Assembly (NCBI GenBank): GCA_951406725.2
Contig: OX597824.1
Coordinates: forward strand, 82,584,001-82,648,000
Source: Octopus vulgaris
Lineage: Eukaryota
Length of the DNA stretch: 64,000 bases
Reading direction: 5' to 3'
The notes below the pieces were generated by a model that was not told the origin of the DNA, made no database searches, and saw only the letters and a program-made list of their open reading frames with translations. Position 1 is the first letter of the stretch; every line of letters starts with the position of its first letter. Both the position numbers and the translations under genes were made by a program. This document shows, piece by piece, positions 13,900 through 26,477 of the stretch.

Positions 13900-14998
13900 C
13901 CGTTATCATCCTCTTCGTAATTATTATCATCATCATCATCATAATCATCATCACCATCAATGATGGCTGTCATCAACAACAACAAGAATCGTTTGCAGTG
14001 CAATCATGTTCATCGTCGCTACCGTCGTCGGCGTCTTTGTCATCTTTGTTGTCGTCGTCAAAATCACCGTCATCATCATCATCATCATCATCATCATCGT
14101 CGTCTTCGTCGTCGTCGTCATCATCATCGTCGTCGTCACCATCGTCGTCGTTGTTGTCATCGTTGTCGTTGTCATCACCATCCTCTTCCTCCGCCTCCTC
14201 CTCATCATCATCATCATCGTCACCATCGTCGTCGTCTTTGTCGTCGTCACCGTTGTCGTCATCATCATCATCATCATAACCATCGACATCGTCGTCATCT
14301 TCGTCATCGTCGTCGTCGACGTTGTCGGGCTCATCGTCATTGTCATCATCATCATTGACATCAACGTCACCATAACCACCACCATCATCATCATCAAAAG
14401 CAGCAGCAGCATCACAGACACCATCATCATCATCATAACCACCACCCTCTCCACCTCCATATTCACCACCACCACATAGACAACTATCATCATCACCACC
14501 ATCATCATCATCATCATCATCATCATGAGGATGGGATGGTGTGGTGGAACAGCTGCTGTCAGAGTTCAAAGCACGCAACAGATCGAAGCCACCGAGGAGC
14601 TGCCAGATGGCGATGAAAAAAGGAAGTAGGAGTCGCTGCCGGTTTCGCACCGAGTGACCTTATTTTGGTGAGAACCGATCTGGCAGGTTTTATCACAATT
14701 TCACGGACGGCTATGGCTCGATCGATATCGGTGAGAGATAACGATAAATCATGATGATGATGATGATGCGGCGGTGGTGGTGGTGATGGTGGAGGTGGTG
14801 GTGGTGGTGGTGGTGGTGATGTGGCAATTCTTTGTTCAACCCAAGGTCAGCTCTGATCAAGCAATTCTTTCAATCATAAGGAAAGTATTCCAGCCGCGAC
14901 CATCCTATTTTTTATATTGTCTTTGCACCTAGGATCACATAGGCTAATACATCCGCCCAATTGTATTATTATTAATATTATTATCATTATTATTATTA

Positions 14999-15036
<38 letters not shown>

Positions 15037-15534
15037 GTTGTTGTTGTTGTTATTATTATTATTATCATTACAGCGGGGTCCATCCCTTCACCCCGCCGGA
15101 GCCTCGTGGAGCTTAGGTGTTTTTGCTCAATAAACACTCACAATGCCTGGTCTTGAAATCGAAACCGCGTTCTTACGACCGCGTGTCCGTTGCCCTAACC
15201 ACTGGGCAATTGCGCCTCCACATCGCTGTTGTTGCTCTTACTGTTGCCGCCATCGTTATTATTGTTGTTATTGCAGTTGTTGTGGCTGCTGCTGCTGCTG
15301 CTACTGCTGCTACTGCTGCTGCTGTTGCTGCTGGTGGTGGTGGTGGTGGTGTGCTTTTAGCTCCAGGTCAATTATGACCCAACACAACCAAGCTCATAAA
15401 CTTCCGGTCGTGACCATGCCGTCTATTACTTATTCCTGAGAGTCCTTCCATTTCGGAGAAGACGCGGGCTGCTATTTCTAGCAAATAAAGGTGTTCTTGT
15501 GGGTTCATACTCGTGTTGGTGTTGTTGTTGTTGG

Positions 15535-15569
<35 letters not shown>

Positions 15570-15989
15570 TTGTTACCGTTACAGTTACATTTACAGCTGT
15601 TGCTAGGCGACGTAACAACTGCAGTTGCAGTCACTGCTTCATGCTTAATTGCAACTGCAGTTTGCTGCACCTGTCTTTGCTGCTAACGTTGCCGTTACTT
15701 GTCATCGTTGCATCTTCTGATGTTGCCGAATTGACTGCTACTGTGCATCCAGTGTCGTCGGCGTTTGATGACGACGACGGCGGCGGCTACGGCGGCGGTG
15801 GTGGTGGTGGTGGTGGTGGTGGTGGTGGTGGTGGTGGTGGTGGTGGTGGTGGTAGTGGTGGTGGTATTGGTGGTGGTGGTGGTGGTGCGGTGGTGAAAAA
15901 GCCTACGACGAAGACGTCGGCGATGGCGACAGGTATAGATTCGACGATAACGATGTCGTTAGGAAAATATCCACAATGACGATGACGAC

Positions 15990-16023
<34 letters not shown>

Positions 16024-16185
16024 CGGATGAAGATGATGATGATGATGATGAAGATGAAGATGATGACGACGACGACGAGGAGGACGATGATGATGGTGAT
16101 GATGATGATGATGATGATGACGGTGATGATGATGATGATAATGATGATGAGGATGATGATAATGATGATGATGATGATGATGATG

Positions 16186-16216
<31 letters not shown>

Positions 16217-16278
16217 TGAGGATGATGATGATGATGAAGATGAAGATGAAGATGAAAATGATGACGACGACGTGGAGG

Positions 16279-16329
<51 letters not shown>

Positions 16330-16590
16330 GTGGTGATGATTGTGATGACGATTGCGATGATGATGATGATGATGAGAAGGAGGAGGAGGAGGAGGAGGAG
16401 GAGGACAGCGACGACGAGGTCGACGACGAGGTCGACGACGACGATGGCGACGACGATGATGATGGCGATGAAAATATGAGGGTGGAAAACGACGAGCAGG
16501 AGGAGGAGGCGGAGGAAAACAACAACGAAGGTGATGGCGATGACGGTGAACATGGTGATGACAATGACGACGTCGCCGATGGTGGTGTTA

Positions 16591-16630
<40 letters not shown>

Positions 16631-17462
16631 CGACGAAGACATCGACAATGGGAATGATGATAAAGATGATGATAGGGATGATGATGATGATGATTACGAC
16701 AGCGACACCAACAATAGAGATTGTCGTAATGATGACAACGACGATGAAGAGGATGACGATGTCTACGACAGCAGGGATGATGGTGATGGGGAAGGTGATG
16801 ACAACGAAAACGAACATCGCGACGACGATGATGATGATGATGATGATGATTATGATGAATATGGTGATGGATGATGGTGGTGGTGGTGGTGGTGGCGGTG
16901 GCGGTGGCGGTGGTGGTGGTGGTGGTGGTGGTGGTGGTGGTGGTGGTGGTGGTGGTGGTGGTGGTGGTGGTGGTGGCGGTGGTGGTGGTGGTGGTGGTGG
17001 TGGTGGTGGTGGTGGTGGTGGTGGTGGTGGTGATGGTGGTGGTGGTGGTGGTGGTGGTGGTGGTGGTGGTGGTGGTGGTGGTGGTGGTGGTGGTGGTGGT
17101 GGTGGTGGTGGTGGTGGTGATGGTGGTGGTGCTGGTGGTGCTGGTGGTGCTGGTGCTGGTGCTGGTGGTGGTGGTGGTGGTGATGATGATGAGGATAATG
17201 ATGATGACGGTGATGATGATGGTGATGATGTTACATTGTTATCAAGCTCGTTCGTGCACCAAATATTGCTGTTCTGTTATGCACTTTCAGTGGTTGCAAC
17301 TGCAATTTCAATTGTGCTTCTGTTGCTGCTGCTGCTGCCGCTGCTGTTGTTGTCACTGTAACACCGATATTAAATATTTTTACAGCTTTATCTCAAATAC
17401 TGTTGTTGTCAATGTTGTTGTTGTTGTTGTTATTATTGTCGTTGCTGTTGTTGTTGTTGTGC
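13900..17462. repeat. Large compound trinucleotide microsatellite field ((CAT)n, (CGT)n, (ATT)n, (GTT)n, (GAT)n, (GGT)n) with interspersed SINE fragments
   Basis: Direct observation; ORFs are homopolymeric in several frames. Confidence 0.9.
15075..15222 (-). mobile_element. SINE family C (tRNA-like head), 5' fragment
   Basis: Reverse complement of GTGGAGGCGCAATTGCCCAGTGGTTAGGG...GGTTTCGATT, as at 21220 and 23779. Confidence 0.8.
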
Positions 17463-17684
17463 TTGAGTGTACTTATGAGACTTGGTGTAGGTGTTTGTGA
17501 GTGTGTTTGTTTGTGTATGTGCGTGTGAGTGTGTTTGTGTGAGTGCGTGAGTGTGTGTGTGTTAAGTAAATTACGGAACAGTAGTTGCGCAAATTAGTAG
17601 ATCCGTGTTTCTGAAGTCACTAGATTTAATTTGTACACAATCGAACTGGCTATTTGTTTCTCTGGGGTTAGTCAAATCATGTAG

Positions 17685-17732
17685 ACATTTCTGATGAGAC
17701 CTCAATAAAGGTCGAGAATCGATTAAAGTTGT
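17685..17732 (+). ncRNA. Hammerhead ribozyme motif, probably inactivated (GAAA to GAGA)
   Basis: CTGATGA-GACCT-caataa-AGGTC-GAGA-ATCGAT-TA: perfect 5-bp stem II and palindromic stem III. Confidence 0.6.
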
Positions 17733-17905
17733 TCATCATCTTTTCACTCAACGGAGAAAGGGGTAAATCTAACGTGTTTCTATGCGTGCTATGCTGGTTT
17801 ACACACACACACATGATGAAAAGGATGTGTTATAATACTATTCCACATATATAAAAACAGCCATACTAACAATCCAGCATACCTCCATCATCAGCTGCCC
17901 CAGTG

Positions 17906-17981
<76 letters not shown>

Positions 17982-18285
17982 GCCGCAATTTTCAGATCTT
18001 TCTGACCGGAAATACTCATAATCGATAGAGAATTCTATTTAACTTTGCTAAGTCAAGACTCTACACAGAGGAATTCAGACGAGTGCTTCGGAAATGGCAA
18101 AAGAAAACTGAAACCAAAGCAGTTGCAGATTATGCCTTGTTCTAGGGCATTATCAAGAAATCGAGTGGATTCCATTGAGGTCCATAACCAAATGTCCGGA
18201 ACTCCGTACGAGTGGTTCCGAAAAACTAGGCACATAAAGTAATATAAAGCAAATAGAATAACAGAGCGAGGTTGTGAAGGGGTAT

Positions 18286-18981
18286 TCTTTTATTCTTTTA
18301 TTCATTACTTGTTTCAGTCATTTGACTGCGGCCATGCTGGAGCAAATCGAATCTGGGACTTATTCTTTGGAAGCCTAGTACTTATTCTATCGGTCAATTC
18401 TACCGCTAATTTACGGGGATGTAAACATACCGACACTGGATATCAAGCGTTGACGGAGAACAAATTCACACACACACACACACTTCTCTCTTTTCTTCCA
18501 ACGTGACCGGCATTCGGACAAGTCTGATCTTGCTTTCTTGGTCTGGCCGTTGTCCGTGCAACATCGATATTCCTCCCTGTGTTTGTGAAATCTTGTATCC
18601 CTGCCGAAAGGCTTAATTTCCACACAAACCAGCTTAATTTAATTCGTCCTTAGTCGAAAGACACCTGTTGTTATGTCCTGCTATAATTTTTATTGTTTTT
18701 GTGTAACATTGCCCATTTTTTTCCATCCTTGTTTTTGTATATATTCGCTGCTTTCGTTCAAGGAATCTAATGCTCTTAGCATAGTTGTTCCTTGGGGCTG
18801 GCCAAATTGGAGCAATCTCGAGTATAACCAGCCGAAATTGCAAAGATAATCTGGAACTCGACTGAGGTAAGAAAACTCCGAATGACCCGTCCTTGTTTTC
18901 TTAGTATTGTCTGTCTGGATGTTTTGTTGTCCCTTTTTTATATCACCTAACTGTCTTGTTTTACGTTCTTGTCCCATTTTG

Positions 18982-19058
<77 letters not shown>

Positions 19059-19270
19059 GGCGTACGTACACTTTGGTCCCTTACATATATATATATATAT
19101 ATATTAGATAGGCTTCTTTCAGTTTCCGTCTACCAAATCCACTCACAAGGCTTTGGTCGGCGTGAGGCTAAAAACAAAAGACACTACCTCAAGGAACCAC
19201 GCTGTGGGACTGAACCCGGAACCATGTGGTTGGTAAGCAAGCTTCTTAGCCTCACAATCACGCCTGCGTC
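18286..19270 (-). mobile_element. SINE family A split by a ~500-bp insertion in its internal microsatellite
   Basis: Tail half at 18286-18470 and head half at 19105-19270, collinear. Confidence 0.8.
18485..18987 (+). mobile_element. Probable Penelope-like element 3' end/pLTR fragment
   Basis: Inserted between (CA)n and (TA)n; T-rich 3' part. Segment 18820-18900 is similar to the reverse complement of 54230-54345. Class assignment is inference. Confidence 0.4.
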
Positions 19271-19638
19271 TATACAAAAGGATTAGAGCACATTCTAGAA
19301 AATTTTTTACGCCTTTCAAATGGCAATTAACTGCCAGTAGATGTACAGGGAGCGGTTCAGAGTAAGAAATATTTATATACCTATCGAAACAGAAAAAGGG
19401 AGGCCCGTATAATTGAAGATTAAGGGGTCGGAAGTGGTTACAATATATGCAAATAAACTGGGTGAGGCCTGTCTAAGTAATTAAGTCTATGAATGGGATT
19501 GGTGTATTGAGACTAAAGAAGAGTTAAGCTGGCGTTAAATACTCATATAAATTCTTATAAATTCAAGAATACAAAGAGCATTAAAAGACTTACTCTTTTA
19601 CTTGTGTGTATATATATATATATATATACATACATATA

Positions 19639-20530
19639 CGTGGCCTGATCAATAAGTATCCGGACTATTGCCATAGTAACGAAGTTAAAGCATGCAGAGT
19701 AAAGCCGCGTGGTAAAGAGTTACCTTGAACTCTGCTGTGTATGCGCACTAAGATTTAATGCTCTAGCTTACTTGTGCTGTTTACAGCAGTGCTTGGAAGG
19801 AACGTGTGTATCGTGTGATTGTCGCATTGACCACGATAGAGAAAGTTGAGTAGAGAATCTGCATCAAATTTTGCCAAAAGCTTGGCGATACCTGATCAAA
19901 ATGTTTTCATCGTTCTCGACACAATCGAAGAAATCTTGTGCAACTGAAACCCAAGTGTCTTTTCGGTCAGCTGAAAGCAGTTTTGGCACAAACTTGGCAG
20001 ATACACGTCTCATACCCAAATCTTCAGTGATAATGGACTGAACTGAACCGTAACTAATCTGCACATCCTCTGATAACTCACGGATGGTGATTCGACGATT
20101 TCCCCTAACAACTGCACGCACATCTACTGTGTTTTTTCTTAGTTCTGCTGATTGCGGGCCTCCAAGAACGTTCGTCAATATCGAAATTTTTTCAGCCATC
20201 TTGGAAACGCCTGAACCTCTCGTACACTTGTGCGCAGCTCATACACTTGTGCGCAGCTCATATACTCCTCCCCATAAACTTACAGCAACTTTGCGCAGGC
20301 ACCTGGGTAGGTATCGCCATAACGACTTTTTCTGTCATGGTAAATGCAACGATCACACGCTACACACCTTCCTTCGAAGCACTGCTGTAAACAGCGGAAG
20401 TGAAAGAACGTTAAAACTTAGTGTGCAAGCACAGCAGAGATCAAGATCAATCTTCGCCAAGCGGCTTCACTTTGATTGCTTTCAATTCGTTGCTATGGCA
20501 AAAGTCTGGATATTTATTGATCAGACCTCG
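19639..20530 (-). mobile_element. Rearranged mariner element built from two 5' ends in inverted orientation
   Basis: TIRs CGTGGCCTGATCAATAAGTATCCGGACT and AGTCTGGATATTTATTGATCAGACCTCG, TA-flanked; inverted similarity extends ~200 bp. Minus strand encodes RRITIRELSEDVQISYGSVQSIITEDLGMRRVSAKFVPKLL; plus arm encodes EKVE*RICIKFCQKLGDT. Confidence 0.9.
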
Positions 20531-20543
20531 TATATATGTGTAT

Positions 20544-20944
20544 ACTCTTTACTATTTTACTTGTTTCAGTCATGTGACTGTGGCCATGCTGGAGCACCGC
20601 CTTTAGTCGAGCAAATCGATCCTAGGACTTATTCTCTGGAAGCCTAGTACTTATTCTATCGGTTTCTTTTGCTGAACCGCTAAGTTACGGGGACGTAAAC
20701 ACACCAGAATCCGTTGTCAAGTGATGTTGGGGGAACAAAACACAGACACACAAACATATACACACACACACACATATATACGACGGACTTCTTTCAGTTT
20801 CCGTCTACCAAATCCACTCACAAGGCTTTGGTCAACCCGAGGCTATAGTAGAAGACACTTGCCCAAAATGCCACGCAGTGGGACTGAACCCAGAGCCATG
20901 TGGTTCGTAAGCAAGCTACTTACCATACAGCCACGCCTGCGCCT
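20544..20944 (-). mobile_element. SINE family A, full length
   Basis: Reverse complement of the family consensus. Confidence 0.9.
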
Positions 20945-21219
20945 ATGTGAATAAATCGTAAATAAATCCATGTGACGGTGATGGCCATGGTGATGAAGAT
21001 TGTGATGCTAGTGTGTAAAGTGTAGCTGCTATTTCTAGCAGAGCAACAATCCAGAGACAGAAAGAGAGAGACCTTGGTAGGTTTGTAAAGTGAAACGGTC
21101 GGACGATGTGTTCGGGGAAATGATATTGGAGGTTTGAGTTTTGGAGATGGAATGAGTGGTAAAGTAACTGTAGTAGTTATGTGAGTGGTGGTTCTGATGG
21201 TAGAAGGTAGTAGTGATAA

Positions 21220-21604
21220 GTGGAGGCGCAATGGCCCAGTGGTTAGGGCAGCGGACTCGCGGTCATAGGATCGCGGTTTCGATTCCCAGACCGGGCGTTG
21301 TGAGTGTTTATTGAGCGAAAACACCTAAAAGCTCCACGAGGCTCTGGCAGGGGATGGTGGTGATCCCTGCTCTACTCTTTCACCACAACTTTCTCTCACT
21401 CTTACTTCCTGTTTCTGTTGTATCTGTATTTCAAAGGGCCGGTCTTGTCACTCTCTGTGTCACGCTGAATATCCCCGAGAACTACGGTAAGGGTACACGT
21501 GTCTGTGGAGTGCTCAGCCACTTGCACGTTAATTTCACGAGCAGGCTGTTCCGTTGATTCGGATCAACCGGAACCCTCATCGTCGTAACCGACGGAGTGC
21601 TTCC
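21220..21604 (+). mobile_element. SINE family C, full length
   Basis: TGGCCCAGTGG (A box) and GGTTTCGATTCCC (B box); closely similar copy at 23779-24160. Confidence 0.9.
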
Positions 21605-21695
21605 AGTAGTGGTAAGGATACAGTAGTGGTAAGGATACAGTAGTGGTAAGGATACAGTAGTGGTAAGGATACAGTAGTGGTAAGGATACAGTAGC
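21604..21695. repeat. 17-bp minisatellite CAGTAGTGGTAAGGATA x5 at the SINE 3' end
   Basis: Direct observation. Confidence 0.9.
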
Positions 21696-22178
21696 GGTAG
21701 TAGTAATGGTAGCAATTTGTTATCATTAATTATTACTCTACTAATTGACCACATCTGCAGTTGTTGATAACTACAATTTTTAATTTGCCGTTGAGAGAGT
21801 CCTTATCGGTATCGTTTCTGTTGTTGTTGTTGTTGTTGTTGCTGCTGTTGTTTTGGCAATCCTTGTCATTGTTATCATTGTTGTTGTTATTGTTGTTGTT
21901 GTTGTCTGTTGTTGCTTGCTGTCCCAATTTTTTTTTTTTTATTTATCTACACTCTTTTACTCTTTTGTTTGTTTCAGTCATCTGACTGTGGCCATGCTGG
22001 AGAACCGCCTGAGCAAATCGACCCTGGAACTTATTCTTTGTAAAGCCTAGTACTTATTCTATCGGTCTCTTTTGCCGACTTGCTAAGTTACGTGGATGTA
22101 AACTCACCAACACAGGTTGTCAAGCGATGGTGGGGGAAAACACACACACACACACACACACATGCATAAATACATACG

Positions 22179-22349
22179 TTAGCTACTACACGCATTTTTT
22201 CTCTCCTTGTTTTTTTCTGTGTATCTTTCTGTAGAAGAGTGTAGGCTCGAAACGTAAAAGAATTTTTCTGGTCCTGAGCGCTCTACTAATACATTTGTTT
22301 GTTTGTACACCACCTGCCTTCGTCTTTTGTTTATTTTCGTAAACTTTCC

Positions 22350-22352
<3 letters not shown>
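22179..22352 (+). mobile_element. Short non-autonomous hammerhead-bearing element (A6U family)
   Basis: Homologous to 57894-58035 (+) and 22720-22927 (-); lies between CA/TACA and (TA)n repeats. Confidence 0.7.
22224..22261 (+). ncRNA. Minimal hammerhead ribozyme variant (core CUGUAGA)
   Basis: Stem I TCTTT/AAAGA; CTGTAGA+A; GAGT-gtag-GCTC; GAAAC-GTA. Confidence 0.6.
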
Positions 22353-22383
<31 letters not shown>

Positions 22384-22719
22384 GACGGGCTTCTTTCAGT
22401 TTCTGTCTACCAAATCCACTCACAAGCTTTTGGTCGGCCCGGGGCTATAGTAGAAGACATTTGCCCAAGGTGCGACACAGTGGGACTGAACCCGGAACCA
22501 TGGGGTAGGGAATATATATATATATATATATATATGTATATGTATATATAATTCAAATTACGATGAACGTAAACAAACAAACGAAGTTTGCTTTAGAAGG
22601 GTTGAGATGTCTTAGAAAGTTAAAGAAGTGATTTTAAATTCTCAAACGCATGATAACTCTAATAATATAATCTGAACAGTATAAGCTACCCCTATTTTGC
22701 AGAAAAATGTGTTATGCTT

Positions 22720-22927
22720 CAAACATACAGTAGACAAAAGAAAAAGACAGGTAAAGGAGCAACAAGCAGGTGTATTAGTTTAACGCTTGTGAAGAACGGA
22801 AAAGCCTTTGATGTTTCAAGTCTACGCTCTTCGACAGAAAGGACTGAGGGGGTGGGGAATGGAGAAAGAAGAAAAAAAAAAGAAAGATGGAGCGAGAGAA
22901 AAAAATGTGTTGAGATTAACGGTTCCA
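22720..22927 (-). mobile_element. Hammerhead-bearing element (A6U family), degenerate
   Basis: Minus strand of 22805-22842 reads CCTTT-CTGTCGA-A-GAGC-gtag-ACTT-GAAAC-ATC-AAAGG. Confidence 0.6.
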
Positions 22928-23778
22928 TATATATATGACCTGTTTCCAAAGTTTATATCAACAATATTCACTCAGAAGGCATCAATCGAGCCGAAGCAAT
23001 ACTAAAAGATATTTTCCTAAGGTGTTGAGTTGTGGGATCGAACCCGAAACTTTGTGGTTGCAAAGCGAGCTTCTTCTCCACATAGCCATATCATTTATTC
23101 ATTCATTTATTTCTTTATTTATTTATTTATTTATTTATTTAATTATTCCGATATCGTTTCTGTCACCGCAATTATTGATATTGTTGTTCTCAACATGGCG
23201 TTCCTTTTGAAGTCGTCGTCGTCGTCGCCATTTTTGTTGTTGCTAATAGCGCTGTTGTTATTGTTGTTGTTGATGATAATGATGATGATGATGATGATGA
23301 TGATGATGCTGTTGCTTACCGTGAGGCATCTCCGATCAAACAGATCTGTCGTCAAAGACATCCTTCTCTTTTATTCAGGCACAGTGTAGCAAAGACTACG
23401 TTATCTAATAACGTCCTTCGTTTGCTTATTTAAACGAGGTAATGTGATTTTGAGAAAAATTTTACTATTATTTCTGGTATGCCTAGTGATCACACAGAGA
23501 CTCCTACATTGTTGTGGTTGCTTCGCTCCTGAACAGAACAACTATGATGGAAATCATTCCAGTTAAGACCATCCAGGCTTATTTCCCCGTGCTGCGAACC
23601 CCAGAGTCATATCATTATATTCGCCTGGGTATGGACGCACATTTTATATTTTTAAAATGAATCAAAAAGTCGCCCTACGTCTAATCCGGCCGTATTACGG
23701 ATAGGAAACCGAATGTTGTGGGACAGGGAGCCGGATAAACATAAAACTGCCAGACACAGCAACTGTTGTCAATAAAGT

Positions 23779-24160
23779 GTGGAGGCGCAATGGCCCAGTG
23801 GTTAGGGCAGCGGACTCGCGGTCGTAGGATCGCGGTTTCGATTCCCAGACCGGGCATTGTGAGTGTTTATTGAGCGAAAACACCTAAAGCTTCACGAGGC
23901 TCCGGCAGGGGATGGTGGTGAACCCTGCTGTACTCTTTCACCACAACTTTCTCTCACTCTTTCTTCCTGTTACTGTTGTACCTGTATTTCAAAGGGCCAG
24001 CCTTGTCACACTCTGTGTCACGCTGAATCTCCTCGAGAACTACGTTAAGGGTACACGTGTCTGTGGAGTGCTCAGCCACTTGCACGTTAATTCCACGAGC
24101 AAGCTGTTCCGTTGATCGTATCAGCTGGGACCCTCATCGTCGTAACCAACGGAGTGCGCC
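23779..24160 (+). mobile_element. SINE family C, full length
   Basis: Closely similar to 21220-21604. Confidence 0.9.
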
Positions 24161-24504
24161 TACTACTGTTAATAAAGTATTGAAAACAAGCCAAAATATT
24201 GTTATCCGTTTGCACAAACCTATAAAAAGTTTGTTTTCAAATTTTGGCACAAGGCCAGCGATTTCAAAGAAGGGGCTAATTCGGTTACATCGACCCCGCT
24301 GCTCACCTGGTACTTATTTTATTGACCCCGATTGGATGACAGGTAAAGTCGATCCCGATGGAATTTGAACTCAGAAAGTAAAGACGGATGAAATGTAATG
24401 TCACTAAGCATAGAAAATATTGCTTTCAATTTTTAACCCATATATGCCCATGAAAAATTTCACCGTATTTAGCTTAGACGTTATGGTAAGCTTTCACACT
24501 CCTA

Positions 24505-24878
24505 TTTCTTTACTGCCCACAAGGGGCTACACACAGAGGGGACAAACAAGGACAGACAAAGGGATTAAGTCGATTACATCGACCCCAGTGTGTAACTGGT
24601 ACTTAATTATCGACCCCGAAAGGATGAAAGGCAAAGTCGACCTCGGCGGAATTTGAACTCAGAACGTAACGGCAGACGAAATACCTATTTCTTTATTACC
24701 CACAAGGGGCTAAACACAGAGCGGACAAACAAGGACAGACATAGGTATTAAGTCGATTACATCGACCCCAGTGCGTAACTGGTACTTTATTTATCGACCC
24801 CGAAATAATGAAAGGCAAAGTTGACCTCGGCGGAATTTGAAGTCAGAACGTAACGGCAGACAAAATACCGCTAAGCAT
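24505..24878 (-). mobile_element. Head-to-tail dimer of the SINE family B variant with a LINE-like tail
   Basis: Two ~180-bp units joined at GAAATAC|CTATTTC (~24685). Confidence 0.85.
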
Positions 24879-25399
24879 GGCCGTGTGGTAAAAACATTTC
24901 AGTCGTGACCATCCCCGTCATTTACATTTTGCAACAAGAACAAGGAACCCAAAACCACATAATCCCTTATTTCATTTTCTGATAAAAAAAAAAAAGAAAG
25001 AAAAGAAAACGGGGTACGCCATAACACAAGGGAGATTCGACTGATATGTCTAGCATAAACAGGCGACCACATAGCTGTCCTAACGGCGTGCCAGTTGATA
25101 GCGTTAGTGTTGTCACGACTTCAATTTGTTTATTAGGTTTTCTGGGGGGGGGTTGTTTTTGTTGTTGCTGATGTTGTTGCTAACGTTTAGTTCTACTGTT
25201 GATATTGTAGTATCAGCCACAGTAATTGTCATAGCAGTTGTTGCAACTGACATCGTCATTTCAATGCATCTAAATTTTGCTGCTGTCGTCACTTCTATTA
25301 TTGCAGCTGCACATCTCGCTGCTTCTGTCATTTATGTTTGTTTCTTTTTGTTTTTGTTGTTGTTTTTTTCTTTTCCTTTTTCTTTTTCTGCAACTTCTG

Positions 25400-26230
25400 C
25401 TATTCGAGTTGTTATTGTTGTTGTTGTTGTTGTTGTTGTTGCTGTTGCTGTACTTTTTTCTTGCTATTGTTGTTGTTGTTGGCGGCGGCGGTGGTGGTGG
25501 TGGTGGTGGTGGTGGTGGTGGTGGTGGTGGTGGTGGTGGTGGTGGTGGTGTGGTGGTGGTGGTGGTGGTGGTGGTGGTGGTGGTGGTTGTGGTGGTGGTG
25601 GTGGTGGTGGTGTCGCTGCAATAGTCATCATTGATGATGATGTCGTTCTTGCTGTTGTTCGTTTCTTTCCTTTGGCTATTGTCATCGTTGCATCTGTTTC
25701 AGTTGTTGCTGTTCTGGTTCTTCTTCTTCTTCTTCTTCTTCTTCTTCTTCTTCTTCTTCTTCTTCTTCTTCTTCCTTTCTTCTTCCTTTCTTTTACTTCT
25801 TCTTCTTCTTCGTTGTCGGCGTCGTCGTCGTCTTGTACTATTTCACCTTCCCCTTCGTCGTCTTCTTTCTCTTCGCCGTCGTCATCCTCTTCTTCTTCTT
25901 CTTCTTCTTCTTTTTCTTCTTCTTCTTCTTCTTCTTCTTCTTCTTCTTCTTCTTCTTCTTCTTCCTTTTCTTCTTCTTCTTCTTCTTCTTCTTCTTCTTC
26001 GTTGTCGGCGTCGTCGTCTTATTTTCCTCTTCGTCGTCGTCGTCTTATACTTCTTCATCTTCCCCTTCATCGTCTTCTTTCTCTTCGCCGTCGTCATCCT
26101 CTTCTTCTTCTTCTTCTTCTTCTTCTTCTTCTTCTTCTTCTTCTTCTTCTTCTTCTTCTTCGTTGTCGGCGTCGTCGTCTTCTTTTGTTTTTGTTTTTTC
26201 TTTCTTTTTCTGCAACTTCCGCTATGGTGG
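25400..26230. repeat. Compound (GTT)n/(GGT)n/(CTT)n microsatellite with internal duplications
   Basis: Direct observation; CGTTGTCGGCGTCGTCGTC recurs three times. Confidence 0.9.
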
Positions 26231-26477
26231 TGGTGCTGTTATAGTTGTTGTTAAGGCGAGAAGCAGAATCGTTAGAACACCGGACAAAAGACTTTCTAGC
26301 ATTTCGTCCGTCTTTACGTTCTGATTTCAAATTCACTATTATTGCTGCTGTTGTTCTAGTTGCTGTTGTCATCTTTACTACCACTGCTACTACTACTACT
26401 ACGCTGAATTCCCCCAGCAGTTCTTGAAAATGAAGGGGTTCTACGAACCCCCAGGATCGGAAACACTGTCGTATATT

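Larger units (their letters stand above)
21950..22505 (-). mobile_element. SINE family A interrupted by a hammerhead-bearing element
   Basis: Tail half at 21950-22140 and head half at 22382-22505. Confidence 0.85.

Noticed and set aside
13884-17500. Long poly-Asp/His/Gly/Ser ORFs as acidic or structural proteins
   Set aside because: Trinucleotide repeats are open in several frames on both strands; no credible start or splice context.
18045-18242. Short protein-like frames (e.g. EEFRRVLRKWQKKTETKAVADYALF)
   Set aside because: Weak splice signals, bounded by stops, no recognisable homology.
18858-18895. Hammerhead in CTGAGG...CCGAAT (and rc of 54280-54310)
   Set aside because: Core and stems are too degenerate to fold by eye; a family consensus would be needed.
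21220-21300. tRNA genes at SINE heads (also 23779, ~33190, ~41990)
   Set aside because: A/B boxes are present but no acceptor stem closes, and each continues into a shared SINE body.
25126-26324. 372-aa ORF and overlapping ORFs
   Set aside because: Translations of (GTT)n/(GGT)n/(CTT)n with no domain content.
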